A stretch of DNA of 59,460 nucleotides, taken from positions 1 to 59,460 of the forward strand of contig JAZRXY010000005.1 in NCBI GenBank assembly GCA_045600465.1, read 5' to 3'. The stretch comes from Bacilli bacterium. GTDB taxonomy: Bacteria > Bacillota_I > Bacilli_A > RFN20 > UBA1709. Each line of letters starts with the position of its first letter. The first letter of the stretch is position 1. A program made the position numbers and the translations under genes. Positions 9,842 through 21,069 of the stretch are shown here, in pieces. Under the pieces are notes generated by a model that was not told the origin of the DNA, made no database searches, and worked only from the letters and a program-made list of their open reading frames with translations.

Positions 9842-10441
9842 ATGAAGTGGTTTCTAAAATTAAACTTGCCTAACAAAATCACCCTAGCAAGAATGATTAT
9901 CGTTGTTTTTGTTATTTTGGTTGCTTTACTTCCTGATGCATTAAATTGGGCTTGGCCTAGTTATAATATCTTCGGACTAGAATATAGCTTACAAAGAATA
10001 ATCCTACTTGCCTTATTTGTAATTGGTTCTATTTCTGATTTCCTTGATGGAAATATCGCAAGAAAAAGAGGAATCGTTACAACATTTGGTAAGTTCCTTG
10101 ATCCTATCGCTGATAAATTACTTGTTAATGTCTTATATATGATTCTTGCTTTTTGGCATGAAGTTCCGGTAATTGTAATAATTGTCTTCATCGTAAGAGA
10201 TACCATTGTTGACGCAATAAGATTAATTGCAAGTGAAAAGAAAGTTGTTATTGCTGCTTCTATTTGGGGAAAAGCAAAAACTGTTGTTCAAATGGTAGCA
10301 ATGATTGTAATACTACTACAAATTCCATATGCAGTAATTCTTGCTTACATCGCAGGTGTTATATCATTAATTTCTGGTATTGATTATTTTATCAAAAACA
10401 GAAAGTTTATCTTAGAGGGTGCAGATTACAATGGAAAATAA
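9842..10441 (+). CDS. pgsA: CDP-diacylglycerol--glycerol-3-phosphate 3-phosphatidyltransferase
   Basis: NLPNKIT, DFLDGNIARK...FGKFLDPIADK CDP-alcohol phosphotransferase motif. Confidence 0.95.
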   Translation: MKWFLKLNLPNKITLARMIIVVFVILVALLPDALNWAWPSYNIFGLEYSLQRIILLALFVIGSISDFLDGNIARKRGIVTTFGKFLDPIADKLLVNVLYMILAFWHEVPVIVIIVFIVRDTIVDAIRLIASEKKVVIAASIWGKAKTVVQMVAMIVILLQIPYAVILAYIAGVISLISGIDYFIKNRKFILEGADYNGK

Positions 10442-10889
10442 CATTGTAGAATTGCTTACTAACAAACACCTTTCTCTTGGTGCTAGTGAAAGCTTTAGCG
10501 GCGGAGGTTTTGCTAACTACATTACAAACATCCCTGGTGCAAGCAATGTATTTAAAGGAAGTTTAGTTACTTACTCAAACGAAATGAAAAACATGCTTCT
10601 AAAAGTAAATGCCTCTACCCTAGATAAGTTTGGTGCCATTTCAAAAGAATGTGTTTATGAAATGGTTAAAAACACTAAAGATATTATGGGAGTTGATGTT
10701 GCAGTAGCTTTCAGCGGTAATGCTGGACCCGGAGTTAGCGAAAATAAGGAATGCGGATTAATTTATATCGGCTTTGCTTATAAAGATCAAATTTTAGTAG
10801 AAGAACACGTTATTAAAAAATCTCGATTAGAAGTTAAAAACTGGGCAATTGAATATGCTATTAACAAAATAATCGATTTAATAAAATAG
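10431..10889 (+). CDS. cinA: CinA C-terminal domain protein (PncC-like nicotinamide-nucleotide amidohydrolase)
   Basis: [28 protein letters not shown]; pgsA-cinA-recA synteny; start reassigned to ATG 10431. Confidence 0.85.
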   Translation: MENNIVELLTNKHLSLGASESFSGGGFANYITNIPGASNVFKGSLVTYSNEMKNMLLKVNASTLDKFGAISKECVYEMVKNTKDIMGVDVAVAFSGNAGPGVSENKECGLIYIGFAYKDQILVEEHVIKKSRLEVKNWAIEYAINKIIDLIK

Positions 10890-10902
10890 AAGGGGTGAAA
10901 TT

Positions 10903-11916
10903 ATGAAAGAAACAAAAGTCACTACAAGTAATGACGAAAAATTAAATGAAACCTTAAAGAATATTCAAAAACAATTCGGTGATGGAGCCGTTATGAAACT
11001 TGGAGAAAGAACTTCAATCAAGGCTGATACTGTCTCAAGCGGTTCTATTGCTCTAGACTATGCTCTTGGCGTTGGAGGTTATCCTCGCGGAAGAGTTATT
11101 GAAATTTATGGTCCTGAATCAAGTGGTAAAACAACAGTTGCGCTACACGCAATTGCTGAAGCACAAAAAGCAGGAGGAAAAGCTGCATTCATTGATGCTG
11201 AACATGCTATTGATCCTGTTTATGCAAAAAATCTTGGTGTCAATATTGATGAGTTAATTCTTTCCCAACCTGACTCAGGAGAACAAGCAATGGAAATTGC
11301 TGATATGTTAGTAAAAAGCGATGCAATCTCATTAATTGTTGTTGACTCCGTTGCAGCTCTTGTTCCTCAAGCAGAACTAGATGGGGAAATGATTGATGCA
11401 CAAATGGGTTTACAAGCTAGACTTATGTCAAAAGCTTTAAGAAAATTAACAGGTAATTTAAACAAAACAAATTGTACAATTATCTTCATTAATCAAATAA
11501 GAGAAAAAATTGGCGTTATGTTTGGAAATCCTGAAACAACAACTGGTGGAAGAGCATTAAAGTTCTACTCCACTATTAGACTTGAAGTAAGACGTAGTGA
11601 AGCAATTAAGCAAGGTAGCGAAATTATTGGTAACTTAGTAAATATTAAATGTGTTAAAAACAAAGTTGCTCCACCATTCAAAACTGCTCAAGTTGAAATC
11701 CTATATGGTAAAGGGATTTCTAAAGAAGCTGAAATACTCGATATGGCTGTCAACTTCGACATTGTTCAAAAATCAGGAGCTTGGTATGATTACAAAGGTG
11801 ATCGTATTGCTCAAGGAAAAGATAATGCTAAAAAGTGGTTACATGATAACCCAACAATCTTTGAAGAAGTTAAATCTGCTGTCAAAGAAAAAATGTACAA
11901 TAACGAACACGAATAG
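10903..11916 (+). CDS. recA: Recombinase RecA
   Basis: [38 protein letters not shown]. Confidence 0.99.
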   Translation: MKETKVTTSNDEKLNETLKNIQKQFGDGAVMKLGERTSIKADTVSSGSIALDYALGVGGYPRGRVIEIYGPESSGKTTVALHAIAEAQKAGGKAAFIDAEHAIDPVYAKNLGVNIDELILSQPDSGEQAMEIADMLVKSDAISLIVVDSVAALVPQAELDGEMIDAQMGLQARLMSKALRKLTGNLNKTNCTIIFINQIREKIGVMFGNPETTTGGRALKFYSTIRLEVRRSEAIKQGSEIIGNLVNIKCVKNKVAPPFKTAQVEILYGKGISKEAEILDMAVNFDIVQKSGAWYDYKGDRIAQGKDNAKKWLHDNPTIFEEVKSAVKEKMYNNEHE

Positions 11917-11943
11917 AAAAGAACGGATTTTCCGTTCTTTTTT
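11917..11943 (+). terminator. Intrinsic terminator after recA
   Basis: AAAAGAACGG-loop-CCGTTCTTTTTT. Confidence 0.8.
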
Positions 11944-12080
11944 CTTGCCACAGTAATTTTCTTTTTATAGTTGAGATTATATTTTAAAAGGATTAAAATA
12001 TAGGTATGCGAGAAGATGAATAATTCTTCACGCTTCGTATATATAAATACGAAAAAAAGTTTTAATAGGAGGAAATTAAA

Positions 12081-13652
12081 ATGATACTAGCAGAATTTAG
12101 TAGTATCGCGCTTCCTCTTATCGGTGGTATAGTAGGCGGAATTGTTGTTGGGATAATAATTATGAACATCATCCCACAAAGTAGCGTCAAAAAATCAAAA
12201 GATCTTGCTGATAAACTTGCTAAAGAAGCAGAAGCTAAAGCAGATCAAATTATTCGTAATGCTCAATTAGATGCAAAAACTGCAGCATACGAACAAAAAA
12301 TTGAAGCTGAAAAAGAATTAAAAGAAAGTAGACAAGAAATATCTAATTTAGAGAACAAGCTTTTACAACGCGAACAAAATATTGATCGCCGTGATTTGGC
12401 TTTGCAATCTAAGGAAGAAGCTCTTGAATCAAAACAAACACAATTAAACCAAAAACTACAAGACCTCGATAAAAAAGAAGCCGATTTAGACTCACGTATT
12501 GAGTCAATCATTGCCGAACTTGAGAAAGTTGCATCAATGTCTTCTCAAGAAGCAAAAGACGAGTTATTTAAACGTGTTGAAGAAAAGTCAGCATTAGAAT
12601 TTGCTGCTTACATCAAAAACGCAGAAGAAGAAGCTAAAGCAACAGTTAACGAGAAAGCTCGTGAACTTTTAGGCTTTGCAGTTCAAAAATTTGCCCAAGA
12701 TGTAAGTAACGAAAGAACAGTTTCTGTTGTCGCATTACCTAGTGATGATCTAAAAGGAAGAATCATTGGTCGTGAAGGAAGAAATATTAGAACAATTGAA
12801 CAACTTACAGGTGTTGATTTAATTATTGATGATACACCAGAAGTTATCACTGTTTCCTGTTTTGATCCTATTAGACGTGAAACAGCAAGACTATCTCTTG
12901 AATATCTAATCAAAGATGGACGTATTCAACCTGGAAGGATTGAAGAAGTTGTCGAAAAAGCAAAAGCTGAAATTCAAGAAACAATTAATAAGGCTGGAGA
13001 AGAAGCTTTATTTAAAGTTGGCATTTCTAAAATCAACCACGAACTTGTTAACCTACTTGGTAGATTAAGATATCGTACAAGTTATGGACAAAACGTTTTA
13101 CAACACTCAATGGAGGTTGCTTTCCTAGCAGGAACAATGGCTTCAGAATTAGGCCTTGACCAACACCTTGCAAGACGTGCTGGTTTATTACATGACTTAG
13201 GAAAAGCTCTTGACTTTGAAATTGAAGGTAGCCACGTTGAAATTGGTGTAAGATATGCTAAAAAATATGGCGAAAATAAAGTGGTATTAAATGCTATTGA
13301 ATCTCACCATGGTGATGTGCCTCCTACAAGTGTATATGCTCAACTAGTTGCAGCAGCTGATGCATTAAGTGCTGCTCGCCCTGGTGCAAGAAGCGAATCA
13401 CTAGAAAAATATATTCAAAGAATTGAAGAACTAGAAACTATCGCTAAAAGCTTCGACGGTGTTGAAAGTGCATTTGCAATTCAAGCAGGCCGTGAAGTTA
13501 GAGTTATGGTAGTTCCTGATAAAGTTGATGATCTAAGCGCATTTAAACTTGCTAGGGAAATCAGAGAAAGGATTGAAAAAGATTTAACATATCCTGGACA
13601 AATAAAAGTTACAGTTATTCGTGAAACTAGAGCAAACGAAATTGCTAAATAG
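12081..13652 (+). CDS. rny: Ribonuclease Y
   Basis: N-terminal TM, coiled coil, KH ([13 protein letters not shown]), HD domain (LLHDLGK). Confidence 0.98.
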   Translation: MILAEFSSIALPLIGGIVGGIVVGIIIMNIIPQSSVKKSKDLADKLAKEAEAKADQIIRNAQLDAKTAAYEQKIEAEKELKESRQEISNLENKLLQREQNIDRRDLALQSKEEALESKQTQLNQKLQDLDKKEADLDSRIESIIAELEKVASMSSQEAKDELFKRVEEKSALEFAAYIKNAEEEAKATVNEKARELLGFAVQKFAQDVSNERTVSVVALPSDDLKGRIIGREGRNIRTIEQLTGVDLIIDDTPEVITVSCFDPIRRETARLSLEYLIKDGRIQPGRIEEVVEKAKAEIQETINKAGEEALFKVGISKINHELVNLLGRLRYRTSYGQNVLQHSMEVAFLAGTMASELGLDQHLARRAGLLHDLGKALDFEIEGSHVEIGVRYAKKYGENKVVLNAIESHHGDVPPTSVYAQLVAAADALSAARPGARSESLEKYIQRIEELETIAKSFDGVESAFAIQAGREVRVMVVPDKVDDLSAFKLAREIRERIEKDLTYPGQIKVTVIRETRANEIAK

Positions 13653-13668
13653 ATTTGAGATGAATTAA

Positions 13669-14457
13669 ATGAAGTTTTTGTTTTTAGGAGATATTGTCTC
13701 CAAACCAGGAAGAGAAATAATTCACGAATATCTTCCTAAAATAAAAGAAAGATATAAGATTGATGTTGTTATCGCAAATGGTGAAAATGTTGCACATGGC
13801 AAAGGTATTAGCCCTTCTACTTATCAAGAACTTGATGAGTTAGGAATTGATGCAATAACATTAGGTAACCATTTCCTTTTTGGAAATCAATCCAATGCTT
13901 TCTGGGAAAAAAGTAATAAAATTGTTCGGCCACTAAATCTTCATCCTAGCAGTGCTGGATTTGGAAGTAGAGTTTTCGAACATAATGGCATTAAATATCG
14001 CGTAACAAATATTCTTGGTCGTGCATTTATCAATGCTGGCAATCCAGCAAACCCTTTTGATGCACTAGATGATGTTATTGCAAAAAACAATGAAGTAATT
14101 CACATCGTTGATTTCCATGCAGAAGCAACAGGTGAAAAAATCGCCCTCGGTTGGAATTACGATGGTAAAGTTAGTGCCTTATTAGGAACACATACCCATG
14201 TCCCTACATTAGATTATAGAATCTTACCTAACGGAACAGCATTTTGTAGCGATGTTGGAATGTGTGGACCATACAATGGTGTCTTAGGTGTTGATAAAGA
14301 TATTATCATTCACCGTACTAGATTCGGAGTTTCAAATAGGTTTGAAATTGCTGATGGTCCTGCCCAACTTTGTGGCCTAGTCCTTGATATTGATGAAACA
14401 ACTGGAAAAACAAAAACTATCGAAAGAGTATATATTAATCCAGATCATCCATTTTAG
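13669..14457 (+). CDS. ymdB: YmdB family metallophosphoesterase
   Basis: GDIV, NGEN, TLGNH, DFHAEATGEK, GTHTHV motifs; follows rny. Confidence 0.95.
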   Translation: MKFLFLGDIVSKPGREIIHEYLPKIKERYKIDVVIANGENVAHGKGISPSTYQELDELGIDAITLGNHFLFGNQSNAFWEKSNKIVRPLNLHPSSAGFGSRVFEHNGIKYRVTNILGRAFINAGNPANPFDALDDVIAKNNEVIHIVDFHAEATGEKIALGWNYDGKVSALLGTHTHVPTLDYRILPNGTAFCSDVGMCGPYNGVLGVDKDIIIHRTRFGVSNRFEIADGPAQLCGLVLDIDETTGKTKTIERVYINPDHPF

Positions 14458-14459
14458 TT

Positions 14460-14486
14460 AAAGATGGCTTTATGCCATCTTTTTTT
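14460..14486 (+). terminator. Intrinsic terminator after ymdB
   Basis: AAGATGGC-loop-GCCATCTT followed by T-tract. Confidence 0.75.
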
Positions 14487-14528
14487 GTAATTAATAAAAT
14501 AAAAGTGTATAATTTCTTTGGTGATTAA

Positions 14529-15974
14529 ATGAAAGATTATGGAAAAGACTTCAGCATGCCTTGTATTAAAGATGCAGGACAAAGAAGCAAAGAAAGAAGC
14601 GAAATCATAAGAGCAAAAATAGAAATACCAGAAAGACTTTCTATTGTTGCTAAAAATAGAACATATCATGTTCATACTTTTGGCTGCCAAGCAAACGAAA
14701 GAGATGGAGAAATGATTGCTGGTATTTTAGAAAAGATTGGTTATACTTATGAAGCTGATGCTAGAAAAGCTGATGTCGTTATTCTAAACACTTGTGCTGT
14801 TAGAGAAAATGCAGAAGAAAAAGTTTTTGGTGCAATTGGAAATTTAAAAGCTATCAAAAAACTAAATCCCAATTTTATCTTTGGCATTTCTGGATGCATG
14901 GTTCAACAAGAAGTTATTGTTAATAAAATCATGGAAAAGCATCCACAAACAGATTTAATTTTTGGTACTCATAATATTGCTAATCTTCCTACCCTTTTGG
15001 ATGATGTAATATTTAATAACAAACGCACAACAATTCAAGTCTTCTCAAAAGAGGGGGAAATTTATGAAAACCTTCCTTCTAAAAGAGATGATGGTCTTAA
15101 GGCTTGGGTTAATATAATGTATGGTTGCGATAAGTTCTGTACTTATTGCATAGTCCCTTATACTAGAGGTAAAGAACGAAGCCGTTTAAAAGAAGATATT
15201 TTAAATGAAGTTAACGATCTAATTAAACAAGGTTATAAAGAAATAACTCTTCTTGGTCAAAACGTTAATGCTTACGGTAATGATCTAGGTTTAGGTTATA
15301 ATTTTGCAACACTATTAAATGAAGTTGCTAAAACTAATATTCCTAGAATTAGATTTGTTACTTCCCACCCATGGAACTTTACTAAAGAAATGTTAGATGC
15401 CATTTGTAATAATCCTAATATCATGCCTTATATTCATTTACCAGTTCAAAGTGGTGATGATGAAGTTTTAAGAAAAATGGCAAGACGCTACACCATTGAA
15501 GAATACAAAACTTTAGTAGATGAAATGAAAAGAAGAATTCCTAACCTTTCTTTAACTACTGATATTATTGTTGGTTTCCCTAATGAAACTGAGGAACAAT
15601 TCCAACACACATTAGATATTTTTAATTATTGTAAATACGATAATGCTTTTACTTTTATCTACTCTCCTAGAGAAGGAACTCCTGCTGCAAGAATGGTAGA
15701 TGAAGTTAGTTTTGAAGAAAAGCATGATAGACTTATGAGACTAAATAAATTAGTTGATAAATACGCTCTAGAAGCGAATAAAAACTACGAAGGTCAAATT
15801 GTTAAGGTTCTTGTCGAAGGACCTTCAAAGCGCAATAAAAACATCCTAACAGGCTATAGTGAAAATAATAAGTTAGTTAACTTCAAAGGAGATCCTAGCT
15901 TAGTTGGAAAAATAGTCAATGTTAGAATTGATGTTGCTAAAACTTATACACTAGAAGGTGAAGTAGTTGAATAA
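14529..15974 (+). CDS. miaB: tRNA methylthiotransferase MiaB
   Basis: TFGCQAN, NTCAVRENAE, radical SAM CDKFCTYC, C-terminal TRAM domain. Confidence 0.96.
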   Translation: MKDYGKDFSMPCIKDAGQRSKERSEIIRAKIEIPERLSIVAKNRTYHVHTFGCQANERDGEMIAGILEKIGYTYEADARKADVVILNTCAVRENAEEKVFGAIGNLKAIKKLNPNFIFGISGCMVQQEVIVNKIMEKHPQTDLIFGTHNIANLPTLLDDVIFNNKRTTIQVFSKEGEIYENLPSKRDDGLKAWVNIMYGCDKFCTYCIVPYTRGKERSRLKEDILNEVNDLIKQGYKEITLLGQNVNAYGNDLGLGYNFATLLNEVAKTNIPRIRFVTSHPWNFTKEMLDAICNNPNIMPYIHLPVQSGDDEVLRKMARRYTIEEYKTLVDEMKRRIPNLSLTTDIIVGFPNETEEQFQHTLDIFNYCKYDNAFTFIYSPREGTPAARMVDEVSFEEKHDRLMRLNKLVDKYALEANKNYEGQIVKVLVEGPSKRNKNILTGYSENNKLVNFKGDPSLVGKIVNVRIDVAKTYTLEGEVVE

Positions 15975-16293
15975 AGAATTAGAAAATTTAATATCAACTT
16001 TTAGAGAACAAATTTCTTCCCTTCCTTTAGTAAAAGAATTTAATACTATCTCAAAAGAATTTAATGAATCTAGTGAGATTAAAAAATTGCAAGAAGATTT
16101 AAAAAAATTACAAATACAATTAACTAAATTAAAGGCTGCTAACAAGGAAGAAGAATATTTGCAGTTAAAAGAAAAAATAACAAATCTAAAAGATAAGTAT
16201 TTTACTAACCCACTTGTTAATAACTATTTTACGCTAAAAGATGAAATAGAAGATTTAATTTCTCAAATTAGTTTTATTCTCAACAATCTGTAA
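15967..16293 (+). CDS. YlbF/YmcA (RicA-like) family protein, TTG start
   Basis: Helical 108-aa protein with NPLVNNY motif directly after miaB, as in the Bacilli miaB-ymcA arrangement. Confidence 0.7.
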   Translation: MNKELENLISTFREQISSLPLVKEFNTISKEFNESSEIKKLQEDLKKLQIQLTKLKAANKEEEYLQLKEKITNLKDKYFTNPLVNNYFTLKDEIEDLISQISFILNNL

Positions 16294-16298
16294 TTATT

Positions 16299-16319
16299 AC
16301 CGGCTATGGCCGGTTTTTT
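16299..16319 (+). terminator. Terminator at the convergence of the plus-strand block and mfd
   Basis: ACCGGC-TATG-GCCGGT followed by T-tract. Confidence 0.75.
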
Positions 16320-16353
16320 ATAGCTAAAAAAAGACCAATTGATAACAATTGAT

Positions 16354-19300
16354 CTATTTCTTTGTTTTATTTAGTACTATTTTTAACTTTTCTAAGACTG
16401 AAATCGTATGATCTAACCATAATTCATCCTTCTTAGAAATAGTCATTTTAATTTTGTTTGCTCTAAATGATAATTTAATGTGCGGTGAAGTCTCTCCTGT
16501 TATCTTAAATAAATCAATACCAATTCCATCGATATGAGCAAACTCCTCACTAAAGATGATTTCATAATCATCTAAGGAATCTTTTGTCTCACTTACAATA
16601 TCATCAGTCTCAAATAATTCTAATCGACGTTTCTCTAATAAAAGTTTGACATTTTTTGGAAGCTTTCCATAAATATCTTTCATGTCTTTTTCTAGACTTA
16701 ATAATTCATCAACAGAATTAACCTCATCAATCTTTTGATACAAATTAATCTTGTCTAAATCATCATTGGTAAATCCCTTATTAATGTAGGCATCGATATT
16801 AAGCGGTTTATGAATTTCAATTTCAGGAGTAGGAACTCCACTTTTACGTTCCTCAATAGCTTCATTTAATAATCTAATGTAAGTATCAATACCTACCATA
16901 TCAATAAAACCAGATTGTTCTGCTCCTAAAATATCGCCTGCACCTCTAATAGTTAAATCTCGCATTGCAATCTTGTAACCTGATCCAAGTTCTGCAAACT
17001 CCTTAATGGCACGCAATCTCTTTGTAGCTATTTCACTTAGTTGCTTTCTAGGAGTGTATAGTAAATAAGCGTAAGCCAATCTATCTCCTCTACCAACTCT
17101 TCCCTTTATTTGATAAAGTTGCGATAATCCAAACTTGTCTGCATCTTCTACAATGATAGTGTTTGCATTTGGAATATCAATGCCGTTTTCAATGATTGAT
17201 GTACAAACCATAACGTTAGCTTCTTGGTTATTAAAACGATACATTGCTTCTTCTACATCATCTCTATTCATTTGTCCATGAACGCAAATTACCTTAGCGC
17301 CTTTTACGCTTTTTTGAATGCTAGAAGCAATACTATTGATGCGATCAACTCTATTATATAAATAGAATACTTGACCATGTCTAGCTAGTTCTCTTTCGAT
17401 TATCTCTTTAATCATTTTGTCATTCTTTTCAATAACATAAGTTTGAACTGGCATTCTTTTTTCTGGTGGTGTATCTAATTGTGATAAACTTCTTATTCCA
17501 ATTAATGCCATTTGCAATGTTCGAGGAATTGGCGTTGCAGAAAGTGTTAGAACATCAACAGAGTTTTTCATTTCTTTAATAATCTCTTTATGCTCTACCC
17601 CAAAACGTTGTTCTTCATCAACAATAAGTAATCCTAAATCTTTAAACTTAACATCCTTTGATAATAATCTATGGGTTCCAATTAAAATATCAAGGCTTCC
17701 ATCTGTAGCAGCTTTTAAATATTTATTTTGTTCTTTTTCGCTAACAAATCTATTAAGTACTCCAATACTTATTGGGTAATTTTTAAATCTATCTAGTGCA
17801 TTGTCAAAATGTTGTTTTGCAAGTAATGTAGTTGGGCAAAGAAGTGCGACTTGTTTCCCAGACATAATTGCTTTAAAAGCAGCAATCCAAGCGACTTCTG
17901 TTTTACCAAAACCAACATCACCACAAAGTAGTCTATCCATAGGATAAGGGCTTTCCATATCTTTTTTTATTTCTTCAACAGATCTAGCTTGATCTTTAGT
18001 TAATTCAAATGGGAACGAAGCTTCAAATGGAGCTTGCCATTCACTATCTTTTGCAAAAGCATAACCTTGTTTTTCTACTCTATTAGAATATAAGACCATT
18101 AGTCTATCTGCGATATCACTAATTCTTGCTTTGATTTTGGCTTTGGTTTTCTTCCATTCATCGCTACCTAACTTATTAAGTCTAGGTTCGTTTCCTTCTT
18201 TAGCAACATATTTTCTAATAAGCCTGAATTGTTCTAATGGAACATATAAGACTCCATTGTTTCGATATCCAATATGAAGATAGTCTCGATGAATTCCATT
18301 TGTTTCAATACTTTCAATACCTAAAAATTTACCAATACCATGAACTTCATGAATAACAAAATCACCGATTGATAAATTCTCATATGATTGAAGTGCTACG
18401 CTGCTTCTATATCTTGATACATTACTTTTATTAACACTTCTAGTTCCAAATAATTCATGAGCACCAATGTAAACAAGTTTTTGCTTAGGTAATTTGAAAC
18501 CATCTTTTAGTGCATACTCAACATAAGTTAGTTGTTTTTTAGGTAGTTCATCATAATTTCCATATTCCATTTTTAAGCCATAATCTTTAGCCCAAGATAG
18601 TAAACAATCTAGTTGGTTTTTATTTTCAACACATAAAACAACTTTGTTTCCTTCTTTCAAATATTCATTAACAATTTCATAGATAACTTTGGTATTTCCA
18701 TAAGCGCTTTCCACCCCTTGAATTGGGCTTTCAACATCACTATCTTTTTTTCTAAATTCATTGATAAATGACATGTTTGTTTTCTTATTTAAGACGCTTA
18801 ACAAGTCCAAGATAATTTGTTTTACATAACCCTCTTCGCTTTCTAAATAATCAAAACTTTCTTCATACAGAAGCTTATAATTTTCTTTGATATAATCTAG
18901 GTTTGATAAAATAAGTAAAGTATCATCGCTAACATAATCAACAATAGATTCGATGTTATCTTGGAAATATGAATAATATTTGTATAATAATGTTTCGTTG
19001 TGAGTCTCTTTTAAGGCTAATAAATCTTGACTAACTTTTTCGTTATGAGTTTCACTAACTAATTTCTCTAAACGTTTTTCATAATCACTCTCTAATAGCA
19101 ACTCACTAGCAGGAGCAATTGTTACATCTTTAATTTGTTTGATTGTCTTTTGACTATCTAAATTAAAGAAACGAATACTATCAATTTCATTTCCAAATAA
19201 TTCTATTCTTATTGGATTTTCGTAGTTAACACTATAAATATCGATTACTCCTCCACGTCTAGCAAATTGGAGTGAGTGTTCTATTTTATTAACTCTTTCA

Positions 19301-19767
19301 TAACCTACACTAGTTAAGTATTTAATAAACCCTTCATCATCAATAACGTCGCCTAATTTTAAATCTAACATCTGCCCTTTGAACAATTTAAATGGTGGTA
19401 AAAATCTTACAATACTTGCAGTGTGTGCGATAATTACTGCGTTTTTATTTGAGGCTAGACTAGACATTACATATAGTCTTTGCGCGATTAATTCTTTTGA
19501 TGCAGCCATTGCTTCAATTCTAAACGATTCGTCACTTGGGAAGAATAAACATTCGTCTGGTTTTAATAACCCACTTAATCGCTCATATAACCCTTGGGCT
19601 GCGTATAAGTTATTTTCTACTACTAAAATTGGTTTGTTATAACGCCTAAAAGCACTAGCTATAACTAGTGCCTCATCTTGATTGTCGCTACAAACAATTG
19701 TCTTATTTTTACTAAGTAATGTAGTAACAACTTTTTCATCTTTTAACAAATCAATTATTGCTTTCAC
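16354..19767 (-). CDS. mfd: Transcription-repair coupling factor
   Basis: CarD/RID domain, DRLLCGDVGFGKTEVA, DEEQRFGV, TATPIPRTL-like motif, QIKGRVGR, TRCF C-terminus. Confidence 0.98.
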   Translation of the reverse strand: MKAIIDLLKDEKVVTTLLSKNKTIVCSDNQDEALVIASAFRRYNKPILVVENNLYAAQGLYERLSGLLKPDECLFFPSDESFRIEAMAASKELIAQRLYVMSSLASNKNAVIIAHTASIVRFLPPFKLFKGQMLDLKLGDVIDDEGFIKYLTSVGYERVNKIEHSLQFARRGGVIDIYSVNYENPIRIELFGNEIDSIRFFNLDSQKTIKQIKDVTIAPASELLLESDYEKRLEKLVSETHNEKVSQDLLALKETHNETLLYKYYSYFQDNIESIVDYVSDDTLLILSNLDYIKENYKLLYEESFDYLESEEGYVKQIILDLLSVLNKKTNMSFINEFRKKDSDVESPIQGVESAYGNTKVIYEIVNEYLKEGNKVVLCVENKNQLDCLLSWAKDYGLKMEYGNYDELPKKQLTYVEYALKDGFKLPKQKLVYIGAHELFGTRSVNKSNVSRYRSSVALQSYENLSIGDFVIHEVHGIGKFLGIESIETNGIHRDYLHIGYRNNGVLYVPLEQFRLIRKYVAKEGNEPRLNKLGSDEWKKTKAKIKARISDIADRLMVLYSNRVEKQGYAFAKDSEWQAPFEASFPFELTKDQARSVEEIKKDMESPYPMDRLLCGDVGFGKTEVAWIAAFKAIMSGKQVALLCPTTLLAKQHFDNALDRFKNYPISIGVLNRFVSEKEQNKYLKAATDGSLDILIGTHRLLSKDVKFKDLGLLIVDEEQRFGVEHKEIIKEMKNSVDVLTLSATPIPRTLQMALIGIRSLSQLDTPPEKRMPVQTYVIEKNDKMIKEIIERELARHGQVFYLYNRVDRINSIASSIQKSVKGAKVICVHGQMNRDDVEEAMYRFNNQEANVMVCTSIIENGIDIPNANTIIVEDADKFGLSQLYQIKGRVGRGDRLAYAYLLYTPRKQLSEIATKRLRAIKEFAELGSGYKIAMRDLTIRGAGDILGAEQSGFIDMVGIDTYIRLLNEAIEERKSGVPTPEIEIHKPLNIDAYINKGFTNDDLDKINLYQKIDEVNSVDELLSLEKDMKDIYGKLPKNVKLLLEKRRLELFETDDIVSETKDSLDDYEIIFSEEFAHIDGIGIDLFKITGETSPHIKLSFRANKIKMTISKKDELWLDHTISVLEKLKIVLNKTKK

Positions 19768-20350
19768 TCTTAGGTTCTTCTTTCTTTTTTGTTTTGTTAT
19801 ATTTTGTCATTAAATTTTGAAATGTATAATCGAATGAATCAATTAATGCATCACATATAGTTAGCGCTACTTGCTCTAACTCTTTTAATTCTTCTTTAGA
19901 AAATTTAGATAGAACGTAATCGACTTTGCATTCTCTTGGGGGTCTGCCAATTCCTACTCTAAATCTTTTGAAATTTTCTCCACCAAGACTTGCGATAATG
20001 CTTTTAATGCCATTATGCCCTGCGCCACTACCACCTTGTCTTAATTTAAAACTTCCCACTCCAAAATCCATATCATCATGGATTACAAACACATCTTCAA
20101 TATCGATCTTGTAATAATCACAAACTTCTCTAACTGATAATCCAGAAGAGTTCATATATGTAAGAGGTTTTAATAAAATGACATCTTCATTCTTTATTTT
20201 TGTTTTTACTACAAGCCCGTTGAACTTTTCTTTTTGATCATCTAGCACATTAAGTTTATTCATTAAAGTGTCCATCACCATGAATCCAATGTTGTGTCTA
20301 GTTTTTTCATATTCTTTTCCTGGGTTTCCTAGTCCTACAAATAACTTCAT
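19751..20350 (-). CDS. pth: Peptidyl-tRNA hydrolase
   Basis: GLGNPG, TRHNIGF, KPLTYMN, HDDMD, GHNGIKS. Confidence 0.97.
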   Translation of the reverse strand: MKLFVGLGNPGKEYEKTRHNIGFMVMDTLMNKLNVLDDQKEKFNGLVVKTKIKNEDVILLKPLTYMNSSGLSVREVCDYYKIDIEDVFVIHDDMDFGVGSFKLRQGGSGAGHNGIKSIIASLGGENFKRFRVGIGRPPRECKVDYVLSKFSKEELKELEQVALTICDALIDSFDYTFQNLMTKYNKTKKKEEPKSESNN

Positions 20351-20351
20351 T

Positions 20352-21068
20352 TTATTTAACCTCCTTTTTTAATTTTTCAATTTCTTTATCAGTAAGTTTT
20401 CGATACTCACCTTGTTTTAAATTTCCATAATTTAACCCACATATACTATAACGATCTAAGCTTGTTACTTTATATCCTATTGCTTCAAACATTCTTTTTA
20501 CTTGATGATATCTTCCTTCGTGAATTGTTAAGGAAACTATTGATTCGCTGTTTTTTATATCATAGCCAAGAAGTGTTGTTTTAGCAGGATAGCTCATCCC
20601 ATCATTTAGTAAAACTCCTTTTTCTAGTTTTGCTAATTCTTCTTTACTTATCTTTGCTTTGATATGCGTAATATAAGTTTTATTTATTTCTTTGCTTGGG
20701 TGCATTATTTTGTATGCTAAATCACCATCATTACTAAATAGTAATATTCCTGTTGTATCAAAATCTAATCTGCCGATTGGATAGATTCTTTCTTTAACAT
20801 CTTTAAAGCAAGACATAACAGTTGGTCTATTTTTAGTATCGCTAAGTGTTGTAATTGTATATTTAGGTTTATTAAGCATGTAATAAACTTTTTCTTCTTT
20901 AAGTAATGGCTTATCATCAAGAAAAATTTTATCTGTATCTGAAACTGTTGTACCTAGTTTTGTTACAACTTCCCCATTAATTTTTATTCTTCCCTCTTGA
21001 ATCAATATCTCAGCGTGTCTTCTAGAACACACTCCCATTGACGCTATTACTTTTTGAAGTCTATCCAT
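20352..21068 (-). CDS. rluB: rRNA pseudouridine synthase, RsuA/RluB family
   Basis: S4 domain (RLQKVIA..SRRHAE), GRLDFDTTG, EGRYHQVKRM. Confidence 0.88.
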   Translation of the reverse strand: MDRLQKVIASMGVCSRRHAEILIQEGRIKINGEVVTKLGTTVSDTDKIFLDDKPLLKEEKVYYMLNKPKYTITTLSDTKNRPTVMSCFKDVKERIYPIGRLDFDTTGILLFSNDGDLAYKIMHPSKEINKTYITHIKAKISKEELAKLEKGVLLNDGMSYPAKTTLLGYDIKNSESIVSLTIHEGRYHQVKRMFEAIGYKVTSLDRYSICGLNYGNLKQGEYRKLTDKEIEKLKKEVK

Positions 21069-21069
21069 G

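Noticed and set aside
10890-10902. LexA (GAAC-N4-GTTC) box before recA
   Set aside because: None visible; recA appears co-transcribed with pgsA-cinA
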